This document shows positions 23,553 to 35,436 of a stretch of DNA of 64,000 nucleotides, one piece after another. Position numbers and translations under genes: made by a program. The notes beneath the pieces were generated by a model. That model saw only the letters and a list, made by a program, of their open reading frames with translations, made no database searches and was not told the DNA's origin. The stretch is from Paraphysomonas bandaiensis (taxonomy: Eukaryota > Protista > Chrysophyceae): the NCBI GenBank assembly GCA_965644295.1, contig CBFFRP010000108.1, positions 1-64,000 of the forward strand. The letters run 5' to 3'. The number at the start of each line of letters is the position of its first letter. Position 1 is the stretch's first letter.

Positions 23553-25470
23553 TGTATCGTCAGGCAGTCACTAGTTAATAATAAGCAAACTGCAGAGATG
23601 CCATATTGTGTTTTGAAGAAAAGTTTTTAAAAAATGGTAAAAACTCCGTGTAACTCAAACTAGCCACCTAGGTCGCTTGTGGCTTGGTAATTGTGATTTG
23701 GGTGTCTCTGAGGTTGTTGATCGCTTTCTGCTGGATGGGATGTTGAACCCAGCTCCCCCCATCAATGTAGTTTGCAATGTGATGAAGTCTGTTGCTCCGA
23801 GTGGTTTTGTAAAAGAAGATTGGCTAATATTGACTTGGTGGGTATATGATAAACAGTCAATAAATTCTCGGTAATATGTTCTCGAATGAAGTGATATCGT
23901 ATCGCGATATGTTTAGTACGGCGATGATGGGTAGGATTGTAACACATTTTAGTATCACACCAAATAGTTGTTGAGAATGGAAGTTTGAAACTAATCTCTC
24001 ATAATAAAGAGCGTAGCTATATAATACTTTCTGAGCTGCTGACGATAAAGCCGTATATTCAGCTTCAGTAGATCGCAATGCCTCGCTGTTGTCTGTAATC
24101 GAGATTGCTATTAGTATGAAAGTCTGATTATTACATGAGTACGGTTGCGTACAGAAACTAGTTTATGTCTATAGACTAGCTAATAACTAGATTTGCTATA
24201 TACTACTAGTGGCGGGCAACCGTCTCGGGACTGCTTGTGCATCGCTGCGAGCACCATGGTGCAACCGTCCCTTGTAGTGAGGTTAGACGGGGGGTCTACC
24301 TTTGGGCAATGTGTCTGGCGGGCCTGTGCCATGGATTATGTGGGGGGCGGGTGAGGCGAGATGTATATGAGAGTGCAAGTCGGTGGTGGAGATGGTGCTG
24401 GTTGTTGAGGTGGGGTTTCGGCTACAAGTAAGAAGAAGTTGTTTCCGGAGTGGTTGCGCTTGCCTCTGTCGGGTCTGGGCTCTTGCAGAGAGTGTAGTTC
24501 GTGGGGTGGATGTCGCCTGGAGTAGCTGGAGTACTTTTGGTGTCGGGTGGGTATCCTGGGGCTGGCGTTGCTTTGCGTGTGTCGGGACCGGTGTCGCCGG
24601 TGCCGTGTCTACGTTGTGGTGTCTGTGTCCCCTATTGTGAAGCATGCGGAGCCCTCCATCATATAGGGGGAGTAGGATAGAGGCGATGGATTTTTCTAAG
24701 GTGTGGAATTGATGTTCGAACAGTGAGCTGGATATGTGGCGTCCGAATGCGTCGGCCATTTGTGTGGCAGTAATGTGGCCGGTCCAGAAGCGCTCAACCT
24801 GGGGGGTGGTTGGGTTCCATGCGGCTTTGATAAAGCCATATATTCAGCTTCAGTAGATCACAATGCCTCGCTGTTGTCTGTAATCGAGATTGCTATGATA
24901 TAAGACATTACCTCTGAAGAATGTAAAAGCTGTAGTGGGCCGTCGAGTGGGGTGACATCGCGCCCAGTTGCTATCGCAGTATTCTGACAGTGTTATGTGG
25001 GATCCAGAATATATCAATCCTTTTGCTTAGCAGTGCGTTTTTGAGGTCTTGCTCTACACGCTAAACTTCACGACATAATATATATTTATGTAATATCTGG
25101 TGAACATCTGTACACAGAATCATCTGTTTATTTATATATGTTCACCAGTCAATATATTATGGTATCTTGTCCAAGACTTTCATTAATGTTGATCTCGAAA
25201 TATATTATATACCTCCACCTGGTGTTCTGTCGTGTCAATGAGTTTTTCCACGAAAGTAATATCACCCACTCCAATCAGTGATACGCATTCCACATACTTT
25301 ACTCTCGACATATTTCTCCATCGCACCACCACCTCGCTGGGCAGCCAAAACTTTATCTGTCCATATCCCTCGTGATTGATAGCATGTTGCGACATGTTGC
25401 TCCTCCCAAAAAGCCTTGTTTTCGTTTCAGAACACTTTGTCTTACAAGGCAATTCCGGAATAGCCAAGCC
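23553..25470 (-). mobile_element. Second, decayed copia RT/RNase H fragment with PPT and possible ~200-bp 3' LTR, interrupted by an insertion
   Basis: Minus strand 'YCDSNWARCHPTRRPTT' (~24990-24935), 'RSTEAEYTALSSAAQ', 'NPTHHRRTKHIAIRYHFIREH'. PPT GATGGGGGGAG near 23753-23763, followed by a TG...CA segment ending near 23553. Confidence 0.75.
24112..24828 (-). mobile_element. 717-bp GC-rich insertion, probable 5'-truncated non-LTR retroelement (ORF end plus 3' UTR), with 68-bp target-site duplication
   Basis: Direct repeats at 24044-24111 and 24829-24896 (2 mismatches). Frame is open from the 5' boundary to a stop at 24283. The 3' UTR motif and the 'agactttcatactaa' tail are shared with the dispersed repeat family. 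Confidence 0.7.
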
Positions 25471-26336
25471 TCTAGTGCAACCTCTTCGTTATTATGTTAT
25501 TATCATTTATTCTATCAAAGAATACTCGTGCAATGACTTCTGGTGCCTGTTTATCGCGGCAATTAATTAAGTCAATTATTATGTATCATAGTCCTATGGA
25601 TATTATAATAGTCTTTCGATTATTCTCGTAAAAGTTAGATTTGAAAAATAGAACATGCCGTTTATATAAACAACATTCAGTGCAAACATTTGGTATTTTT
25701 TATCAATTAATTGAAGCTAGCTGGAGTCGATAATTATAATTGCAATTATGAATTGATGTCCAAATTTCAAATTTCAATTATTGCAATTTCAAAAGTTGGT
25801 AATTAATTGATACGCAGCCCTGCTGGTCATTAATGAGTAACGAGTAACTAAATTTACTTCCTTCGTAACTATGTTTAGCCGTTACAACTACGAGTTGATT
25901 TCACCTCGTGTATACTATATTAACTCACTTCAATTGCAATATAATATCGTATCATACAGCAGAACTCAACTGCAAATTAATTATTACATATTGTTACGAA
26001 AGGGTGTTATATAGTTATTAACGCATTCAACTACGTTCAGTAAGTATCTAGTTTTCATATTTCCTACCAGGAGCATCTGAACATTTACCATGAACGTCCG
26101 TTACCGGTAGTGACATTGCAGTCATATCAACTCATCTAAAATGACTTCTAGATACTTCTCATCCCTTATTACTATCCACTTTACTTTCTCGTTATCCTTA
26201 TATATATTTCAAGAACTCCATAAGCAACCTACTATTGATAATCTTGAATTATACAAGAGCGAAAATCAAACACTTCTTTAAAAATTCAATCCATACCATC
26301 CAAGAAGCGAATACTATCTAACTATATATTCCATGG

Positions 26337-28899
26337 CTACGCCGTTTTTTTACGACGTGGTGTGGACTTCACAACTCGTACAGTACTACCAAGTTCTTCA
26401 CAACAAATTCCACCACTCAGATGTGTTCCTGTGCCCCTCAGTATCGCAGCTGAAACATCTACATGATTCACTGTTTTTGGTATCGACCCACTCCTCGAGT
26501 CTATATAACACAATGACACGAGTTGCAATTGAAATGCGGATACATTCACCTTTCTCAATATCTAGGAGTGGACAACCTTTGCTGGTTCGTGTCGAATTGA
26601 CCAAGGGATCTTTCTGGTCGTATTCACCACCAAGTGTAGAAGCAGGTGTGGAAGAGTCCGCTTCAGTTACTGTTACTTAGACATGCTTTTGCATCACTAT
26701 ATGAATACCTGCAGACATCTGCGCTCCACCTCCATCAATTTTCTGTGTGCGACTCTTCTTCCGCGACTGATGCGGACCAAGTTCGTATTTCTCCGCGACA
26801 GCATTCTTTTTTGACAGCGTAGCAAGATCTTCCCATGACAGCATGCCGCATTCCCTCTCTTTCTCCTGAAACGCATTTACAAATGAGGAGTGCATAACTC
26901 GCCCTCTCCTTTACTCACTTCGCGTTTCCACCAGGGTTCCTTCGTCTCTGATGATGTTCCTGAACTGCCCCTTTTCCGTTGACCTGCTCTGCGCTCTTCA
27001 TCCTGCGCCTCTATTTCAGCTTTAAGTCCTTCCTCCTCGACTAAATACCGTCGTTTCAACTCTTCGGATCGACTAGCGATCTCTCCGTCCAGCTTACAGC
27101 GGAAGTCAGGGCCCCATGCAATGTGCAAAGCACGTCTTCTCTTAAACTCATCCTCTGTAGTTTCGCTAATTCTCTTCTCCAATTCTTTAAAGTGCTCACA
27201 GATGAAATGGTTAGTTCGTTTACGTCGAATCCCCCCGGCAGCATCCACAATACTGGTTATGTGCATTTGAAGACCATCATAAAGCAGCTTCATAGCCTTC
27301 GGGGTAGCGGAAAAGTTACGTGACTTTAAAACATCATTTGCAACATTGTATATGGTGTCCCGCAGATTGTCCGCATTCGTTGTATTCGATGGAGCCGTTC
27401 TCGACAACCCTTGTGTAACATTGGCCGCTACGCCAGGGACAGTCTGGTTGCTAAGGGAGCTTCGTATGCACCCGTCGGCCTCATCCTTCAGATCTGACTC
27501 TCTCACCACCTCAATACTAAGATCATTTCCACCCCCATCACCACCATTTGAAAATACAGTCATATCCACCTTCTCCGTGTCATCGTCCACAGTCGCATTA
27601 GTTCCATCCACAGACTTTGCCGTTCCCACCTTTTTGTTTGTCTGAAAAAGCCATCAGACTTAACAACAAAAGCAGCCATGACATACCTTTTGACCGCGCT
27701 TGCTGGTAGCGGATACATCTTTAGCAACCTGACACAGCAATATAATAACCAAACGATACGTTACCACAATTGCAGGTGATCCCGTCATCTACCTCAGTGT
27801 TCTGTTGAGCACTATACTCAGTTGGCTCTGGTTTCGGTTGTTCGTCACTTTTCTGTGCTCCACGCATCTAATCGGCACAGTTCAGTTTGACCCATGCAAC
27901 ACTTGCAAATCTACTGTTCCCAACAAAACCAGTGATTTCCCACACCTACCTTCATATTTTGTGGAGTAATATGCTGACTGGGTGGTGCTGGATATGGTTG
28001 GCCACGTTGACTTTCGTGCATCTAATCGACACAGTTCAGTTTGACCCATGCAACATGCAAATCTACTGTTCCCAACGAAACCAGTGATTTCCCCCACCTA
28101 CCTGCATAGTCTGGGGAGTAATATGCGAGTTGAGTACTGCTGTATATGGTTGACCTCGTTGACTTTCCTGCATCTAATCGACACAGTTCAGTACACTAGT
28201 AAACAACATGCAAATCTATTGTTCCCAACGAAACCAGTGATTCCCCACCTACCTGCACATTCTGAGGAGTAATATGCTGATTGGGTACTGCTGGATATGG
28301 TTGGCCCCTTTGCATTTCCTGCATCTAATCGACACAGCTCAGTTTGACCCATGCAACACTTGCAAATCTACTGTTCACAGCGAAACCAGTGATTTCCCAC
28401 ACCTACCTGCATATTCTGGGGAGTAATATGCTGACTGGGTGGTGCTGTGTATGGTTGGCCTCTTTGACTTTCCTGCATCTAATCGACACAGTTCAGTTTG
28501 ACCCATGCAACAAGCAAATCTACTGTTCCCAACAAAACCAGTGATTTCCCACACCTACCTGCATATTTTGGGGAGTAATATGCTGACTGGGCACTGCTGG
28601 ATATGGTTGGCCTCTTTGCATTTTCGGCATCTAATCGACACAGTTCAGTTTGACCCATGCAACACTTGCAAATCTACTGTTCCCAACAAAACCAGTGATT
28701 TCCCCCACCTACCTGCATATTCTGGGGAGTAATATGCTGACTGGGTGGTGCTGGATATGGTTGGCCTCGTTGACTTTCCTGCATCTAATCGACACAGTTC
28801 AGTACATTAATAAACAACATGCAAATCTACTGTTTGAACAAGACCAGTAGTTTCCCCACCTACCTGCACATTCTGGGGAGCTCTCTGCTGAGCTTCCAT
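26337..28899 (-). CDS. TAF4: TFIID subunit TAF4-like protein; N-terminus encoded by tandemly repeated exons
   Basis: ATG 28899 and phase-0 exons splice in frame into ORF 26877-27629. Histone-fold-like 'DTIYNVANDVLKSRNFSATPKAMKLLYDGLQMHITSIVDAAGGIRRKRT' and C-terminal 'PKTVNHVDVSAAIL', which resembles the TAF4 CCTD. Stop at 26337. Confidence 0.6.
27868..28879 (-). repeat. Tandem array of ~151-154-bp exon+intron units (7 introns, 6 full exons)
   Basis: 72-nt exons at 28713-28784, 28559-28630, 28407-28478, 28253-28324, 28102-28173 and 27950-28021. Introns of 79-82 nt all begin GTAGGTG and end GATTAG. Confidence 0.95.
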
Positions 28900-29768
28900 T
28901 TTGGCGGCCCTCGTCTTTTCCAAAACCTACTCAACACTGTTCAGAATGGTCATCCGCTATTTACAAACATACAGCTCTGATTAATTCTTTCCCTCTTTCT
29001 TTTCCATATTTTTTAATCGTCTCAGTATAAAAGTAGCTACGTGTATCACTTATCAATCCGCGCTCAAGCAGTTTCTAAATCATCATCATCAGGCATGTGG
29101 CGGGAACAAGATACAACGAACAAACCCGTGCATTGCGCATTATTTCATACACTTCCCTGATCTGTATATCATTTCCAACTGCAGAAATACATAACTACAG
29201 TGCAGTGTTATAAGCTATCGATTCAACGCACCGGGAGGTGTACTTTTGACCGCGCCAGGAGCGTCACCGGCATTCATCGTCTATATAGACGGGATTAATC
29301 CACAAGAGTATAACACTAGCAGCTGTATGATACCTGAAATAGATAGATGGATACCTGGGTTGCAGACGGTAGATGTGCGTTCCCCACTGGTTGCTATATG
29401 ACTCGTTAGTCCTCCTGCTGTTGGTTGTGTTTGCTATTCGGCTAGTTACTGTGCTACACTGCGGCGCGATACTCTGATGCTGTAGTTCCAGTTGGTACCC
29501 ATTTCTTCATACAGGTACAGTGCATAAGTACAGTACACAAGTACAGTGTATTACAGCAAGAAGTAGACGGTATACTCCTGTATACAGCAGTGTGTGTCCA
29601 TCCAGCACTGTTGCAAATATTCAGCTCATGGAAGAAGGTAGCATTCAAGCAAGTGGCGCCTGTGATTGTGGGCCTGAGCAATGCCCATGCGTACAATAAT
29701 TCAGCATCAATAGCCCTTGTTTGTGCGTTGACTGGAATCAGGAGCAAGGCCAGTTAGAAACGTGTCAG

Positions 29769-31081
29769 ATGTCAGGCCTGTGCTCGCGTCCACGCAGTAT
29801 AAGGGTATGCTTGTCAGTGCTTTTGTTTTATATTGCTCTGGTCTTATTGGTCAGCGCACTCATGTCGTACACGTTTGTGCTGCCGGCGTCCTCCAATGAA
29901 ATCAACTACAGGAATACGTCCACGGACTTTGTCACTTCCTTGAAGAGAAGCCATACAAACGTACATAGTGTTAATAACTCTACTGTAAAGAGCATAGATC
30001 ATTCTAACCGTACATCTTATACATATAACAATACCCCTAAAACCAATTCTCCATCTGAAAGAACTGGGCTGCGGAAGAGGTTGCGGCAATCGATACACTC
30101 TAAAAAAAGAAGTGCACGTCAGAAGCGGAAAGGTCCGGACTTATTGGAAAATACAAATTCTAGTCGTATTCCTAAAGGTATAGTAGTAATATACTCATGT
30201 TGGTTTTACTTCTAAAAGTGTACCAGTTGCCAGAAACTTTAAGCCTGATTGGTTTATGAAAATGCAAACAGCTCCGCCTGATTGCGGGACAGATTTCGCG
30301 GGTTTGATGAATGCTATGGTGAACTTTGATAGAGGAAGTGTGGTAATTATTGGAGCCAATGTGGGAGCGACTCGCCTGGATCCGACGTGGAGAGGACTCG
30401 CTTCTCCTGAAAATGGAGCACTTCAAAAAGTATTTGTTGAACCGATTCCGTGGCTTTTCGAGTCACTATCAGCTAATGTCCACGCACTGGGGATGCAGAA
30501 TGCAGTTTTAGTTAATGCCGCCATAACTAACATAACATCTCCTTTCACTATGTATTGTTTGAGCCAAACAGCAGCTGATCGTCTGCCGTCTCTGAGTGGA
30601 AAAAAGCTGAGACCCCTTCCTTCGTTCACTTCAGAGTTGTGTTCTCTGGACAGAGAAAGGTTTTTTTCTCCGTATGGTGTGCTGATGAAACAGTTTAAAC
30701 GGGAGGAGATTGAAGCCCGTGTAGTAGATGTAAGAGTTACTGGTCTCACTGTCCGTGACCTGCTATCAAAATATCACATAGCGCAACGTGATGTAAGATC
30801 GGTGCAGATAGATGTTGAGGGTTTCGATGACGAAGTGAGTACTCACTGATATTTTTGTAATCTGCTATTAGTTACCTTTACTACAGGTTGTTTTTCAACT
30901 CCCATTTGCTGACGATTCCTTTCGGCCGTCTTCCCTTGCTTTCGAATATGTATTGTTGAATGTCACTCGCCTTGAAGCGGTATTAGAATATTTAAGACGT
31001 TACGATTATATGAGCTGTGCCTATCTGCAGAACATATACTCTTTTCATAAAGATCGCAGGCTGAACATATCATCAGTCTGA
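29769..31081 (+). CDS. FkbM-family SAM methyltransferase with N-terminal membrane anchor, 3 exons
   Basis: TM segment 'VCLSVLLFYIALVLLVSALMSYTFV', 'VVIIGANVG', 'KVFVEP', 'VLVNAAI', 'QIDVEGFDDEV'. Last exon 30887-31081 contains 'RPSSLAFEY'. Confidence 0.8.
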
Positions 31082-31664
31082 CTATCGTTGATATGTACTT
31101 ACAACGTATAGTTAAACACGTGCGAAACGTAGCTCAGTTTGGGTGTTGTACATTGAGTTACCGTTGCCTAATGTTTCTGGTTACGTTTTTCATGTTTCAC
31201 TGTAATGTTTCTACCATAGGTACATCTATTTGGACAAAAAAGTGTAAAAGTTAGAATATGGATGAGTTGCGATAATACTTTCTAGCAGTGGTATGTTGTA
31301 TAATAATGGGGTTAACCTTTGCCTGCTGATTATTTCACTTATATTGTTGGAGAAGAACAATTGAGCATGTATATATAATATATATAATTATAAGCAATGA
31401 AGTAGGTTTGCGTAACAAGTGGATTTCCAATTAAACTACTTCGTTTAACAATGATTATTGCTATTTTTATTGGTTAATGTTGCCAAGTGGTAAATAATTG
31501 CTATTAATTCATAATTATTATATTATAGCATCTTAAGCTACATAGAACATAGCAGCTACTGATCATAATATATATGTTGTAGGTGGGGCTGCGTAACAAC
31601 TATTGTAATTGAAATTTTAGATATATTTCAGAGGCGAGGATTCATAAGTAGTACTAAATCCCAT

Positions 31665-32450
31665 CCTTCAACAAAGTCGGACTTGCACCTTTAAGTGGGG
31701 ATAAGTACAGGAAACTAACGTGAGGTGCATATATAGTCAGCAGATAATTTTCAATTGTTCTGCCCACTCATAGCCAAATGCTTGTGCGATACAAAGGGGA
31801 CACAAATAAGTGTCACTTTTTTGCAGACGTCTTTGGGCCTTGGCGAATAAACACACATCAAGGGCATCCGGGGTGTTAAGCTGACTGCTGAATGTTGAGT
31901 TTTGCTGTTTAAGCAATTAAAAGCTGTAATTATAAGGTGTTGGAATTATGACCGTTAGTCGAAGAATACAGTAGTGATGAGCTGTATTATATAGATATCA
32001 TGACGATGTAAGATCGTACTAGAAATGAGTGGTAGTAGAGATAACGTGATATATCGCTTATTATATTTATTATAATCTTCTCTCATCTTAACTTGATTAA
32101 TGAGTGAATAAACATCCAGTTAACTTAGTAAATCATCCAATTGTGTCATATCTTGACACTGAAGTCAAGCATTCGGGCTGATCACCTCAAGGACTCAAAA
32201 ATCCTGAAGCCAGCGGATGTCAGGTATATCAACATTCTACTTGCTCGCGGCGTTTTTGATTTGAGTGATAGAGCGAAAGCGATTGATACCCTTTGGTGCT
32301 TGTGGAGACGCAGAAGCAGATTTGTAGCGCTAAATAGGAGGATATCAGAGTTAAGCACTTAAGTACTAGTTAGTTAAATTGCAATGCTACATCAGTTCTT
32401 ACTCTTACACACCTATTGCTAGTAGTAAGACATTCACTATTCACTACTAA
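31665..32450 (+). mobile_element. Dispersed non-LTR-derived (SINE-like) repeat, copy 1, with an internal AT-rich insertion
   Basis: Colinear similarity to 37958-38463 and 55063-55530. Relic frame 'LPTHSQMLVRYKGDTNKCH'. Confidence 0.7.
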
Positions 32451-33097
32451 ATACCACATGGGGGCATTTCAGTTATCACAAAATTAGATCACAGGCATAA
32501 CCTTTCAATCTGGTTGGTTATGGCATACAAGTGCTTCAGATTGCGGTATTGAGCTTGCTTCTTAACACATTCTCGCTTCCGCTGCCTCTTATCATCAATC
32601 TAACGCTGCTCTGTCTTGAGAACTAGATCTTCAATCTTCACTGTCATCATCTTCCTTCAGTGGGCATTATTCATTATTCAGAAGCAGCAGATTCGATACA
32701 CTACAAAATTAGTATCTCTCATATATGTACTTTGAGAAGAATTAGACTCCATTATAAGCCACAAATTTTGTAATATGAAAAGAGTTTGATGATTTGTTAT
32801 GAACATTTCTGAAGAGACAGACTATCATGCATTATTGCTGGAACGCATTCTACATTCATTCATCACTACATTTAATGACCTAACGGAATCACCACAACAT
32901 TCTCAATTCACACCAGCGACAAAGATTACTACTACAAGCAGAACACCCCACTTGGCATAATATAACGTTACATAATGCCGGCAAAGGAAGACGTACCAAC
33001 AGAGAGAATTACCATGCAAAAGAAGAAATTGCTGAGCGCAGGCTGACACTTTTCAAACTCTTTAAAATGCAGATGCGCGCACAGAGAGGTCTTATAT

Positions 33098-35436
33098 CTA
33101 TGGATCACTAAGTCGCAGTGACTGCTCGAAGGACTGGGCAATTGTATATGAGTCATCTGGCATGCTATTGAGAGTAGGAGCATCGAGAAGCTGTGCATGT
33201 TGCTCAGAAGGCGACCCACGTTCGCTACCGCCAGATTGCTGGACAGCGTTGTCATGCAGGACACGCGCAGCGGATCGGTCCCCTGCGGCCCCCGCATCTC
33301 GGCGGTCCATAGGCAAACCAGATAACATTCTCGGGTTTTGCTGCTGATAGTAAAGGAGGTGCTGCGGATCGTACTGAGTCGTTGGGACCGGTTCCTGTGA
33401 ATGATAGGCCGCGTGACCACCTGTATTGGAGTGCAAACCTGTAGCCATGGATGGGTATGCGCCCAGGTCGCTTCCCCCGTGATATGGTGCCCCCATAGGC
33501 TGATGTTGCGCGGAGTAGTGCTGCAGAGGAAGAGCAACAGGGTTATGCTGCTGGTGATGTCCTGCAGGACCAGGTCCCATAGATGACATTGTCGAGTGAG
33601 AAGTAGGCATATGGTGCCCCCCATACCCTCCACCCCCACCGCCCCCACCGGTGCGCTTGTGCTGAACCTTTAGGCGTTTGGATCCAATCTGCAGGATGGT
33701 CACATATGCAGATGGACGATTTTTATTGTCACCTGAAAGCCATTCATGGCATCAATTGCGGCTTCCGCTGCATCAACGCCATCGTACGAAACAAAACCTG
33801 CTCAGTGCAGTTTACATTAGACTAAGTCACACAACTATATTGAATCCTACCGAATCCCTTCGACTCCGAGGTCTTCTTGTCGACATAAACTTTTGCACTT
33901 ATGACATTACCAAAGGGCGCAAACAAAGTCGCGAGGTCTGCGTCAGTGAGATCACGAGGTAAATGGTATATGAAGAGGTTCGCTCCAGCGGGGCCTAAGG
34001 TAAACAAGGTAAGTACAAGGACGAGTACAACAGGCCAAATTATCTATCCCACCTTCTAGTGGACGACCACCACCCCTATCCCCGCCACCTCCACGTGGCG
34101 GTGCTGCGGGAAGGTCCTGAGCTCCATGATAGAGCCCGCCCCCCCCTGCGCCGCCAGGCTCTCTATGTGCCCTGCTGCCATTCCCTCCCATTCCTGGTTG
34201 CGCTGCCGGAAGTTGGTATAGCATAGAGCCACCTGGAGGTGACATGGCCAAAGAGCCCATTGGTGAGCCCGGACCACTGCCACTTCCAGAGTAGAACGCG
34301 GCAGAAGACGGATAGTACATATATTGATGCGGAGGAACGTGGGGATTAGGGGCGTGGGGATTTCCAGATCCATATGACATATAGGAAACCGGCATCATGG
34401 GGTGGTGGGAAGTAGAAGGGGACATGGGGTAGTTAAATTGCTGTCCCCCCTGCTGTTGTTGCTGATGCTGGGATTGGTAATAATCCGTCGAGTTAGCATC
34501 AACACTATCAGAATCGCCACCATCCCGCGAAAGTTTCTTGTTATCCGCAAACTTAATTACAAGAGGGCGCGACGATCCCTATACATATATGTTAGCCACG
34601 GGCAAACCTCACCGGTTCACTGACCTCTGGTAGAGTGTCATTCATTTCATGAATTGCAAGCATTGCAGCATCTCTATCCACAAACTTCACAAACGCACAC
34701 CCTTTGGAATGACCTTCGGGGCCGCGAATAATGTGAATCTGTGAGAACCGCTGTTAGATTTTACACATCTCAGAAGGGCAATACACCTCTTTTAGCTGGC
34801 CATAGCGGGAAAACATATTGTGCAAATCTAGCTCACTAACGGTCTTTGGTAGCATTCCCACAAATATTTTGTTCTCTCTCTCGGCCTGGCTTTCTGCTGG
34901 TCGTATTTGAAGTGGATTGAGGGCCTAGACAGTAGAAATAAATAACACAAAGCAGACAGGATGAAATGGAATACATTGGGAAGCTTCACTTTGTCGTGCA
35001 ATGACTGGATTGCACGGGTTGCAGACTGCTTCCTCGCATAGGTCAAGAAAGCACAACCTATTCATACACAAGTTAAGGTGCAAGACTGCGCAGAGCAAAT
35101 GCGCACAATACCTCGATGTAGTTTCGTAGCTTTATCTCGAATAACAGTGAGCTCCAATATCGGTCCAAACTCATCAAAGAATGGTCTGAGAGCATCCTCA
35201 TCTAAATGTTTAGGAATCTATAATACAATCATGAGATGCAATCAAGGGATAGTGCATAGACCACAGCCACCCACCTGGCCAATGAAGAGCTTTACGCTCT
35301 CATCGTCTTCAGAAGGTGATGGCGTAGCATCCACTGGACCGAAACCATAGCCACTTCCATCCATAGGATAATTCATATTATACTCGTGGCTGTCATGGCC
35401 GTCATTATTTTTTTGATCGTGCCCTAGCGGCATCAT
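33098..35436 (-). CDS. CELF: CELF/Bruno-like RNA-binding protein (3 RRMs), multi-exon
   Basis: RRM1 'VKLFIGQ', RRM2 '[17 protein letters not shown]', RRM3 '[47 protein letters not shown]'. Confidence 0.9.

Noticed and set aside
27868-28879. CRISPR array or non-coding satellite; plus-strand repeat ORFs (MTHATLANLLF...)
   Set aside because: There are no unique spacers and no cas genes. Plus-strand frames break between units, whereas the minus-strand exon/intron reading is frame-perfect.
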